Assembly: GCA_964474695.1 (NCBI GenBank)
Contig: CAYYTK010000002.1
Span: 43,898-107,897, forward strand
From: an uncultured Anaerolineales bacterium
GTDB taxonomy: Bacteria; Chloroflexota; Anaerolineae; CG2-30-64-16
Length of the DNA stretch: 64,000 nucleotides
Reading direction: 5' to 3'
The notes below the pieces were generated by a model. That model saw only the letters and a list, made by a program, of their open reading frames with translations, did not search any database and had not been told where the DNA came from. The position numbers were made by a program, and so were the translations under genes. Each line of letters opens with the position of its first letter. Within the stretch, counting starts at the first letter, position 1. Shown here one piece after another: positions 49,592 to 57,560 of the stretch.

Positions 49592-49666
49592 AAGAGATTG
49601 CTAACAGGCGCCCTGCACGTGTGTAGGCGCCAGGCGCCTAGAAAACGAAGCCAGGATAGGAAGCCT

Positions 49667-50422
49667 ATGAAGCGGCTACTCTCAACCATGATGATTGTTC
49701 TACTGACGGCGCTGGTCGTGCTGCCGTTGGCGACTGCGGTGGCTGGGCCTGCGCAGCAGGAGGCGCGACCAGTCATTGTCCAGCCCGCACAGGATGACGC
49801 GGTGCGTGGGGTGGTGCAGGTCGTCGGCACTGCTACGCATCCGCAGTTCCTGCGCTACGAGTTCTATTACGCGCCCTGGCCGGTGCCTTCTGACCAATCT
49901 TGGGTCTTTGTCGGCGACGCGCATTCCAATCAGCAGCCGCTGGGCTTGCTTGCCACATGGGACTCACGTTCTGTGCCGGACGGCGCCTATGCATTGCGCG
50001 TCCGAGTGGTAAAAGTGGATGGCAATTACCTGGATAGCGATCCACGCCGCGTACTGGTGGCGAATACGCGACCTATCGCTTCGCCCACATCAGCAGCGAC
50101 CGACACCCCGGAACCAGCTCCAACACCGGCGCCGCCCACCGCGACCGTCGTCGTCGTTGCGCCGGCCGAGACGCCGACGCTCGAGCCAACCCCCACTCTG
50201 GAGCCAGAAATTACGCCCATCCTGCCTGCGGGGCAGGAGACAGGGACAAGCCAGCCGGCGACAACGAGCGACGGGTTGACCGACCAACTTTTCAGCGGCA
50301 ATCGCCTGCTGAGTATTGCCAAAAAGGCGGCGCTCTACACCGCCGGTGCATTCGCGGCCATCGGCGCGTTCTTCGGGATCAAGGCGCTGCTGGCGTGGTT
50401 GTGGCTCAAGATCCGGCCGTAG
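49667..50422 (+). CDS. Secreted Ig-like-domain protein with Pro/Thr-rich linker and C-terminal TM anchor
   Basis: Signal peptide MKRLLSTMMIVLLTALVVLPLATAVAG, then VRGVVQVVGTATHPQFLRYEFYY...WDSRSVPDGAYALRVRVV, a PT-rich stretch and a terminal hydrophobic helix. Confidence 0.65.
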   Translation: MKRLLSTMMIVLLTALVVLPLATAVAGPAQQEARPVIVQPAQDDAVRGVVQVVGTATHPQFLRYEFYYAPWPVPSDQSWVFVGDAHSNQQPLGLLATWDSRSVPDGAYALRVRVVKVDGNYLDSDPRRVLVANTRPIASPTSAATDTPEPAPTPAPPTATVVVVAPAETPTLEPTPTLEPEITPILPAGQETGTSQPATTSDGLTDQLFSGNRLLSIAKKAALYTAGAFAAIGAFFGIKALLAWLWLKIRP

Positions 50423-50499
50423 GCAGGGGTCAGTGGGCAGGGGTCAGTGGGCAGGGGACAGGGGACAGGGGTCAGTGGACAGGTGTCAATGATCAGGGG
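50423..50499. repeat. Tandem heptanucleotide array (NCAGNGG x11) starting immediately after a stop codon
   Basis: GCAGGGG TCAGTGG GCAGGGG TCAGTGG GCAGGGG ACAGGGG ACAGGGG TCAGTGG ACAGGTG TCAATGA TCAGGGG. Confidence 0.9.
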
Positions 50500-50592
50500 A
50501 CGGACTGAGTCCTCCGTTGCTGGCAGGGTATGAACTTCGATTTCTTGCGATCACATCCATCAACACCCACTCCGACAGCCGGTCCGGCGAAA

Positions 50593-51210
50593 ATGATCGT
50601 CGGGCTGGGCAACCCTGGTCCGGAGTATGCGCGGCACCGGCACAACATCGGCTTCCAGGTAGTGGATCGCTTCGCGGATCAGCACGGCCTGACGTTCGAC
50701 AAATTCCAGAAACGGGCGCGCCTGGCTATCGGACAGGTGACGTTGCGAGAAAGCTGGAGCGGTCGCGTAGTGCTGGCCAAACCGATGACCTACATGAACC
50801 TCAGCGGCGAAGCAATCGGCGCACTGGCGGTCTATTATAAGATCCCGCCGGCCGATATCCTGGTGGTCCATGATGACCTGGACCTGCCGATCGGGCGCAT
50901 TCGCCTGCGTCCCGGAGGCAGCGCAGGCGGCCAGAAAGGGGTGGCCTCAACCATCCAACGCCTGGGCACCGAAGGGTTCCATCGCCTGCGCATCGGCATC
51001 AGCCGGCCCGGCGGGACCGGCAGCGATGCGCCGCCAGCCATGAATCCAGCCGACTACGTGCTGCAGCCCTTCACCACCGCACAGGAGAAAGAAATGATGT
51101 TCGTTCGCCTGCGCGCAGTGGAAGCGATCGAGATCTGGTTGGCGCAAGGGATGGAGGCAGCGATGAACCTTTTCAATGCAGACGAAAGACGACAGACCAA
51201 GGACGAATAA
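50593..51210 (+). CDS. pth: Peptidyl-tRNA hydrolase
   Basis: MIVGLGNPGPEYARHRHNIGF and VVHDDLDLPIGRIRLRPGGSAGG. The ATG at 50530 is an in-frame alternative that adds 21 atypical residues. The last 10 codons (ADERRQTKDE) are encoded by the repeat at 51181-51210. Confidence 0.85.
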   Translation: MIVGLGNPGPEYARHRHNIGFQVVDRFADQHGLTFDKFQKRARLAIGQVTLRESWSGRVVLAKPMTYMNLSGEAIGALAVYYKIPPADILVVHDDLDLPIGRIRLRPGGSAGGQKGVASTIQRLGTEGFHRLRIGISRPGGTGSDAPPAMNPADYVLQPFTTAQEKEMMFVRLRAVEAIEIWLAQGMEAAMNLFNADERRQTKDE

Positions 51211-51243
51211 CGTCTTCTGTCGTTCGTTGTTCGTCGTTCGTCA
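51181..51243. repeat. Inverted pair of heptamer arrays (GACGAAN x4 / complement x4) spanning the pth stop and ending 8 nt before mfd
   Basis: GACGAAA GACGACA GACCAAG GACGAAT AACGTCT TCTGTCG TTCGTTG TTCGTCG TTCGTCA. It can fold as an imperfect hairpin, 51195-51212 pairing with 51225-51242 (16 pairs, 2 mismatches by hand). Confidence 0.8.
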
Positions 51244-51250
51244 GGCATAC

Positions 51251-54200
51251 ATGAAACTTAACGGACTTCTCTCCTTGGGCCGGGAGCTTCCGGCCCTGCA
51301 AGATCTGATGGCCGCCCTGCGAGCAGGCCAGCCGCCGGACGCGGCCATCGAAATCTATCACGCGGCCCGACCTTACGTAGTTGCTACACTGGCGCTGTGC
51401 CTCAACCAGCCTCTCGTCATCGTTACCCCGCGCACCATGCGCGCCCGGCAATGGGTTGATGAGCTGCGCACCTGGCTCCCTGATGATGTGCCGGTTCACA
51501 ACTTCGCAGACCCCGACGCCCTGCCCTATGAGCGCATCCCCTGGGCGCCCGAGACAAGGCAGCGGCGACTGGAGGCCTTGGTCAGCCTGCTGACGTGGGA
51601 AGGCAGCAGCGAAGCAGCCAATCAGCGAATCGGCGAATCAGCGAACGACGCAGTACGCAAGCGATCTGCGGATCGCCCGCAATACGCAAGCGGTCCGCAA
51701 ATCGCCTGCAGCACGCGTCACGCCCCCATCGTCGTCGCCTCCGCGCGCGCCCTGATCCAGACAACGCTGCCCGTGCGCGAGTTGCGCGCAGCGCTGCGCC
51801 CGATCCGCCAGGGCCAGCCATTCGATCTGCAACGGACTCTCGCCGGCTGGGTGGGCCTTGGCTATGAGGCGGCGACTGTGGTGGACTTGCCCGGCCAGTT
51901 CAGTCGTCGCGGCGGCATCATTGACATCTGGCCGCCGAATCAGCGCAAACCGCTGCGCATCGAACTGTTTGGGGACGAAATCGACAGCCTGCGCCTCTTC
52001 GATCCTTCCACCCAACGCACCTTGACGCGCGTCGACCAGGTATGGATCGGACCGGCCAGCGAAGCGCTGCCGAAACTGGGAGAGCGCCTGGCGGACAAGC
52101 TGCGCGGCCTGGACTTCTCCCAGTGTCACCCGCCTGCGCGCAGCGAATATGCACAGGAAATCGAGCAGCTTACCGCGGGCACAGGGCACCGCCACCTGGA
52201 GTGGTACATCCCTTATCTATACAGCCAGCCTGGCTGCCTGACAGAGTATCTGCCGGCCCAGGGCGCCTGGCTGATCATTGAAGATGCGGCTGATCTGCTG
52301 GCCGCCTTCGCCGACCTGGCAGGGCAAGCTGAGCAGTTGTCCAAAGACCTGCGGAGCGCCGGCGATGTACCGGCCATCTTGAAGGCTCCCTACTTCACCG
52401 CTGAAGCCTTGCGCGAGCGCCTGCTATCTCGACCGATCCTCCACCTGGGCTATAGCACGCTGAACGGACTGGCCCGGCCGGAAACCGGCCAGAGCGCGAG
52501 GCAGCAACCTGTGGGCGCCCTGGGTGAGCAGTTTGCAGCCGGCCCGCGCTTCGGCGGTCAGATCCGGGCCCTCCAGGTTGAGATGGAACGCGCCTTGAGC
52601 AGCGGCGATCGCGTCATCCTCGTCAGCCGCCAGGCGCCGCGCCTGGCCGATCTGCTGGGCCGAAACGGCCACAGTGTGACCCCTTCCGACAACATCTCCG
52701 TTCCACCACCGCCCGGCCTCTCGCTGGTCCAGGGAGTGATGGAAGAGGGCTGGAAGCTACAGACGGATTTTAGATTGCCGATTTCCGATCTTGAATCGGA
52801 TCATCGATCCGAATCAGACGCTAAAGACAGCCAATCGGAAATCAAAAATCAAAAACCGACAACCCTCTGGTTTCTCACCGATGCCGAGCTCTTCGGCTGG
52901 GGCAAACCGAAGCCCCGGCGGCCGCAGCGGCCGCGCGCGCTGGCTCCTGAAGTCTTCTTCGCCGACGTACAACCGGGCGACCTGGTCGTGCACATCGAGC
53001 ATGGCATCGGACGATTTCTTGGCCTGGCCAAGATGCCCGTGGACGGTGTAGAACGGGAATACCTGCAAATCGAGTACGCTCAAGGCGATCAGCTATACGT
53101 GCCGGTGCACCAGGCCGACCGGCTGGCGCGTTACGTGGGCGCCGGAGAGACCGCACCAACGCTGCACCGGCTGGGCACCACCGAATGGGAACAGGTGAAA
53201 GCGCGGGCCAAGCGCGCGGTGGCCGAGATCGCCGACGATCTTTTGGAGCTATATGCCGCGCGCGAGGTGGTGCAGGGCCACGCGTTCAGCCCGGACGCGG
53301 CATGGCAGCACGATCTGGAATCGAGCTTCCCCTACATCGAAACCGAAGATCAGCTTGTGGCGATCGAAGCAGTGAAGCACGATATGGAACAGCTGCGGCC
53401 CATGGATCGGCTGATCTGTGGCGATGTTGGCTACGGCAAGACCGAAGTTGCGCTGCGAGCCGCGTTCAAGGCCATCATGGACGGCAAGCAGGTTGCGGTG
53501 TTGGTGCCCACCACCGTCCTGGCCCAACAACACTACACCAACTTCAGCCGCCGCCTGGCCGCCTTCCCGGTCACAGTCGCCATGCTCTCCCGCTTCCAGA
53601 CCCCCGCGCAACAGGATCGCACTATCACCGGCCTGATCAACGGCAGCATCGACCTGGTAATCGGCACCCATCGCCTGTTGAGCAACGATGTTGCACTCAA
53701 GGACCTGGGGCTGCTGATCGTGGATGAGGAACAGCGGTTCGGCGTGGCGCACAAGGAGCGCATCAAGCAGTTGCGCACCGAAGTCGACGTGCTGACGCTG
53801 ACCGCCACGCCCATCCCCCGCACCCTCCACATGAGCCTGACGGGCGTGCGCGACCTTAGCACCATCGACACGCCGCCCGAAGACCGCTTGCCGGTCAAGA
53901 CCTTTGTCGGCGACTTCGATGAAACGCTGGTTCGCCAGGCGATCCTGCGCGAGCTCGACCGCAACGGCCAGGTCTATTTTGTGCACAACCGCGTGCAGGG
54001 CATCGACCAGATGGCGGCTCGAGTGCGCAAAATCGTGCCTGAGGCGCGCATCGCGATCGCCCACGGCCAAATGCCCGAGCGCGAGCTCTCCGCGGTGATG
54101 CTTGCGTTTGCCGAGGGGGAGTACGACATCCTCGTGTGCACCAGCATCATCGAAAGCGGCCTGGACATTCCTAACACGAACACCATCATCATCAACCGCG

Positions 54201-55021
54201 CGGACATGTTCGGCCTCGCGCAGCTCTACCAGTTGCGCGGCCGCGTCGGGCGCTCGGCCGTGCGCGCGTATGCCTACCTGTTGGTGGACAAATACAAGAC
54301 CCTCACCGAGGATGCGCGGCGGCGGTTGGAGGCGATCCAGGAGGCGAGTGAGTTGGGCGCAGGCTTCCGCATCGCCATGCGCGACCTTGAAATCCGCGGC
54401 GCGGGCGAACTGCTGGGGGCGCGGCAGCACGGCCACATCGTGGCCGTAGGGTTTGACCTGTACACGCGGCTGCTCGCCCAGGCCGTGCAGGAAGCACGCG
54501 AACGCAACAAGCTCCCGCACACGGGCGGCGTTGGATCGTCCGACCACAAGCAGCAAGAGGAACGCGGCAGCGCCCTGGACGAACCGTTGGCGCCTACGGT
54601 GCAGCTCGACCTGAACCTGCCCGCGCGCATCCCCGAGGAATACGTGCCCGAGGGTGCACTGCGGCTCCAGCTCTACCGCCGCCTGGCCGGGCTGACAACG
54701 CTGGCGGCGGTGGACGAAATCGCGCAGGAGTTCGCCGACCGTTTTGGGCCGGTGCCGGAGGAGGTCAGCAACCTGTTGTACGTCGTGCGGGTCAAGGTGC
54801 TGGCGATCACTGCCGGGGTCGAAGCGATCGGCCTGGAAGAAGGGCAGCTACTGATCAAATGCGCGTGCCTGGAAACGCTGGATCGGATCGCGCTCCAAAA
54901 CACGCTTCAGGCGCAGGGCGTCCCCGCCCGCGTTGCGCGCCGCGCCATCTGGCTAGAGCTGCGCGAGGCCGGAGGCTGGCGCCGCGACCTGATGAAGACG
55001 CTGGAAGTGCTGCGCGCCTGA
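51251..55021 (+). CDS. mfd: Transcription-repair coupling factor
   Basis: UvrB-homology N-terminus, CarD-like RID (LVVHIEHGIGRFLG), helicase motifs GDVGYGKTEVA, LIVDEEQRFG and TLTATPIPRT, plus a TRG region. Start chosen at ATG 51251. It carries two repeat-encoded in-frame insertions. Confidence 0.95.
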   Translation: MKLNGLLSLGRELPALQDLMAALRAGQPPDAAIEIYHAARPYVVATLALCLNQPLVIVTPRTMRARQWVDELRTWLPDDVPVHNFADPDALPYERIPWAPETRQRRLEALVSLLTWEGSSEAANQRIGESANDAVRKRSADRPQYASGPQIACSTRHAPIVVASARALIQTTLPVRELRAALRPIRQGQPFDLQRTLAGWVGLGYEAATVVDLPGQFSRRGGIIDIWPPNQRKPLRIELFGDEIDSLRLFDPSTQRTLTRVDQVWIGPASEALPKLGERLADKLRGLDFSQCHPPARSEYAQEIEQLTAGTGHRHLEWYIPYLYSQPGCLTEYLPAQGAWLIIEDAADLLAAFADLAGQAEQLSKDLRSAGDVPAILKAPYFTAEALRERLLSRPILHLGYSTLNGLARPETGQSARQQPVGALGEQFAAGPRFGGQIRALQVEMERALSSGDRVILVSRQAPRLADLLGRNGHSVTPSDNISVPPPPGLSLVQGVMEEGWKLQTDFRLPISDLESDHRSESDAKDSQSEIKNQKPTTLWFLTDAELFGWGKPKPRRPQRPRALAPEVFFADVQPGDLVVHIEHGIGRFLGLAKMPVDGVEREYLQIEYAQGDQLYVPVHQADRLARYVGAGETAPTLHRLGTTEWEQVKARAKRAVAEIADDLLELYAAREVVQGHAFSPDAAWQHDLESSFPYIETEDQLVAIEAVKHDMEQLRPMDRLICGDVGYGKTEVALRAAFKAIMDGKQVAVLVPTTVLAQQHYTNFSRRLAAFPVTVAMLSRFQTPAQQDRTITGLINGSIDLVIGTHRLLSNDVALKDLGLLIVDEEQRFGVAHKERIKQLRTEVDVLTLTATPIPRTLHMSLTGVRDLSTIDTPPEDRLPVKTFVGDFDETLVRQAILRELDRNGQVYFVHNRVQGIDQMAARVRKIVPEARIAIAHGQMPERELSAVMLAFAEGEYDILVCTSIIESGLDIPNTNTIIINRADMFGLAQLYQLRGRVGRSAVRAYAYLLVDKYKTLTEDARRRLEAIQEASELGAGFRIAMRDLEIRGAGELLGARQHGHIVAVGFDLYTRLLAQAVQEARERNKLPHTGGVGSSDHKQQEERGSALDEPLAPTVQLDLNLPARIPEEYVPEGALRLQLYRRLAGLTTLAAVDEIAQEFADRFGPVPEEVSNLLYVVRVKVLAITAGVEAIGLEEGQLLIKCACLETLDRIALQNTLQAQGVPARVARRAIWLELREAGGWRRDLMKTLEVLRA
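51596..51727. repeat. Low-complexity repeat segment inserted in frame in mfd (insertion 1)
   Basis: AATCAGCG AATCGGCG AATCAGCG (51620-51643, 8-nt period). TACGCAAGCG occurs twice (51654-51663 and 51683-51692). GCGATC-TGCG-GATCGC is a palindrome. The segment encodes WEGSSEAANQRIGESANDAVRKRSADRPQYASGPQIACSTRHAP between conserved Mfd blocks. Confidence 0.6.
52760..52864. repeat. AT-rich nested palindromic element inserted in frame in mfd (insertion 2)
   Basis: The outer stem pairs GATTTCCGAT (52780-52789) with ATCGGAAATC (52834-52843). The inner stem pairs TGAATCGGATC (52792-52802) with GATCCGAATCA (52806-52816), with one mismatch and a 3-nt loop. My hand count gives about 40% G+C over 52766-52857. 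It encodes QTDFRLPISDLESDHRSESDAKDSQSEIKNQKPTT. Confidence 0.75.
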
Positions 55022-55027
55022 CGAGGA

Positions 55028-55118
55028 AACGTGAGGCGTGAAACGTAATGCGTGGTGCGTCGTTCGTCCTTCGTGGTGCGTGGTGCGTCAGTCCCCGTTC
55101 GTCATTCATCCTTCGGCG
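55028..55118. repeat. Tandem heptanucleotide array (NNCGTNN x13) in the convergent gap after mfd
   Basis: AACGTGA GGCGTGA AACGTAA TGCGTGG TGCGTCG TTCGTCC TTCGTGG TGCGTGG TGCGTCA GTCCCCG TTCGTCA TTCATCC TTCGGCG. CGT holds a fixed phase in 10 of the 13 units. Confidence 0.85.
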
Positions 55119-55155
55119 GAGCGTTTGCACGGAGGGCAGCCTGTACGCAGAGGCT

Positions 55156-55569
55156 TCACTGCGATAGACGCGCGCCTCGATTCCACGATCCGATCTCGAT
55201 GAGATTGCCTTCCGGGTCGGCGATCATGGATGAGTGCATCCCCCACGGCTCATCGCGCGGCGCATAGACCGGCTGCCCGCCCGCTGCCACCACCTGCTGA
55301 TACATGCGATCGGCATCCGCGGAGGTGGGCAGATCGACGGCCAGCTCGAACGTGCCATTCAGCCCGGCCGGATAGGACGGCGCCTGGCCCAGCAGCCCCG
55401 GCAACTGCGCGCGCTCATACATCGAGAAACGCACGCCATCATTCACGAACTCCGCATACGGGCCACGGCCATCCCAGGTGATCTCGAAGCCCAGCGCGTC
55501 CCGGTAGAATGCCACCATCCGGGTGAGATCCGTCACGAAAACGCCGATCATGTCGATGCGTGTGCCCAT
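55156..55569 (-). CDS. VOC family protein (glyoxalase / bleomycin-resistance fold)
   Basis: IDMIGVFVTDLTRMVAFYRDALGFE...DPEGNLIEI. GGAGGG RBS. Confidence 0.85.
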   Translation of the reverse strand: MGTRIDMIGVFVTDLTRMVAFYRDALGFEITWDGRGPYAEFVNDGVRFSMYERAQLPGLLGQAPSYPAGLNGTFELAVDLPTSADADRMYQQVVAAGGQPVYAPRDEPWGMHSSMIADPEGNLIEIGSWNRGARLSQ

Positions 55570-55598
55570 GGGAAGCCCTCCTCTCTTGTTCCCAGAGA

Positions 55599-56501
55599 CT
55601 ATTCCTGCCGGGTGGTTCTGTTCAGAAAATCAGCCAACAGAATAAAGCTCATCGATATTAGCAGAATGCATAACGATGGAATAACCAGCATCAGCGGGTT
55701 GTACCTCAACGCCGAGCGGCCAGAAAAAAACAGCCCCCCCCAACTGACGACTGTGAATTCACCACCCTCAACTGCACCGGTTACGCCGACGCCGATGTAA
55801 CCGAGCACGGCTTCGAGCAAGATAACCGCAGGGATGTTATTGATGATCCAAACCAGGATCACGTGCAGCACGTTGGGCAAAAGATGCCGGGTGATGATCC
55901 GGCGCGGCGAGGCGCCGGTGCTGATCGCCGCTTCAACGAACAGCCGAGATTTGATCTGCAGCACACTGATGCGGGTCAGGCGGGCCAGGCTGACCCAACT
56001 GACCGCCGCGAAGCCGATGACCAGCGTAATCAAACCGTGCAGCCAGGTGGGAGACAGCCTGTTGCGGAAAATCAATACGATGATCACCATGAACATGATG
56101 CCGGGCAGGGAATGGATTATGTCGGCAAAGAGCATGACCGCGGCATCGAGCCGGCCACCCACATAGCCTGCGACAAGACCGGTCGATGCGCCGATCAGCG
56201 CCGCCAGGGAAACAGCCATCAGCGCCAGCAAGAAGTCGGTGCGCGTTCCATAAACCAGCCGGCTGAGAATGTCACGGCCATACCAATCGGTGCCAAGCGG
56301 ATATTCAGCCCTACCCGGATTGGACGTATCCTGCACCCACATAGGCGGCAAGCCGCGCTGAGTTGGGCCCAAGCTATATGGATCATATGGGGCGATCCAG
56401 GGAGCCAGCACAGCCACCAGCCCGAAGGTCAGCATCACAAGCAAGCTGAACCAGACCGCTTTTGCGCGCAAAGCTCGTTTCGAGGGAAAAAACGGAATCA
56501 T
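55599..56501 (-). CDS. ABC transporter permease (DppC/OppC type)
   Basis: N-terminal TM helix and periplasmic loop, then the EAA-like region (VEAAISTGASPRRIITRHLLPN). Its ATG overlaps the upstream stop (ATGA). Confidence 0.85.
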   Translation of the reverse strand: MIPFFPSKRALRAKAVWFSLLVMLTFGLVAVLAPWIAPYDPYSLGPTQRGLPPMWVQDTSNPGRAEYPLGTDWYGRDILSRLVYGTRTDFLLALMAVSLAALIGASTGLVAGYVGGRLDAAVMLFADIIHSLPGIMFMVIIVLIFRNRLSPTWLHGLITLVIGFAAVSWVSLARLTRISVLQIKSRLFVEAAISTGASPRRIITRHLLPNVLHVILVWIINNIPAVILLEAVLGYIGVGVTGAVEGGEFTVVSWGGLFFSGRSALRYNPLMLVIPSLCILLISMSFILLADFLNRTTRQE

Positions 56502-57526
56502 GGGACACCTGAATGCTGGACCGAACGTATGCGGGGATCCAGGAACTCACACAGGACTTCAACGAGAAGATTAGCGAGCAGGATGCCGATCGCATAGACC
56601 AAGGTGAGGCCCATAATCATCGGGTAATCCAACGCCAGAACCGCGTTCCAGTATTCTCGCCCAAACCCTGGAAACGCGTACAGGCTCTCCACAATCAACA
56701 ATCCGGCGAACATTTCCATCAAAGTCGGCCCAAGGAAGGTGGTGATCGGAACGAGCGCGTTGCGCATCACGTGAACCAGCATCACATGGGTTTGCGTCAG
56801 GCCTTTCGCGCGAGCAGTGCGGATGTAATCCTCGTTCAAGATGTTCATCAAGGAGGCGCGCGTCACCCGGGCGATGCTGGCCATTGGCATGACTGCCAGC
56901 ACGATCGCCGGAACAATCCAATGGCTGGGAATGTCCCAATCGGGCAAAACTCTGGTGATCTTCAGCCAGGATGCCAGGACGATTATCGCCAGCAAGCCGA
57001 GGACGAAATTTGGGATCGAGATCAACGCGGCCAGGCCCACCGAGATGCCGCGGCTCAACGCGGAGTTTGGCTTCGGCGCACTTAGAATCCCCAGCGGAAT
57101 CCCCAACCCAACGGCAATCAGAGACCCCAACAGAACCAGTCGGATGGAATACCCGAACCGGCTCTCCCGGAAGGTCTTGCCCTCCGGAGCGCTGAAAAGG
57201 GCATCTTGCACGCTGCGGCCGCGCTGCTGCATTGATGGCCCAAGGTTGCCGCATATCGCGCCGCAGAAGAAGCTGCCATCTCGATCGAAGTCACCGATGA
57301 CATAGCGGACGAATTGGCGCCACAGAGGCAGATCCAGCCCAAAACGGCGCTCAAGCTGCCGCTGCGTAGCCTTATCGATAGTCAGTCCGGACAGCGCGCG
57401 CGGCGAATTCTCGTAGTTGCTCCATGGATTGCCTGGGATGGCGTGCATCAACAAGAACGTGATCAGCATCACGCCGACCAAGACAACAATCACCCGCAGG
57501 AGCTTCCTAAACAGAAAACCGAACAT
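56498..57526 (-). CDS. ABC transporter permease (DppB/OppB type)
   Basis: MFGFLFRKLLRVIVVLVGVMLITFLLMHAIPGNP is a typical OppB N-terminus, with EAA motif YIRTARAKGLTQTHVMLVHVMRNAL. Start chosen at ATG 57526. Confidence 0.85.
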   Translation of the reverse strand: MFGFLFRKLLRVIVVLVGVMLITFLLMHAIPGNPWSNYENSPRALSGLTIDKATQRQLERRFGLDLPLWRQFVRYVIGDFDRDGSFFCGAICGNLGPSMQQRGRSVQDALFSAPEGKTFRESRFGYSIRLVLLGSLIAVGLGIPLGILSAPKPNSALSRGISVGLAALISIPNFVLGLLAIIVLASWLKITRVLPDWDIPSHWIVPAIVLAVMPMASIARVTRASLMNILNEDYIRTARAKGLTQTHVMLVHVMRNALVPITTFLGPTLMEMFAGLLIVESLYAFPGFGREYWNAVLALDYPMIMGLTLVYAIGILLANLLVEVLCEFLDPRIRSVQHSGVP

Positions 57527-57560
57527 CGCTACACCGGCGCATCTCGACAATGGGCCCTGA

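Noticed and set aside
50423-50499. Possible CRISPR array (also considered for 61225-61272 and 55028-55118)
   Set aside because: The units are only 7-16 nt and directly abutting, with no spacers. No cas genes are present in the window.
53249-54556. 435-aa minus-strand ORF inside mfd
   Set aside because: It is antisense to the unmistakable helicase core of Mfd. It has low-complexity Arg/Ala/Gly/His composition.
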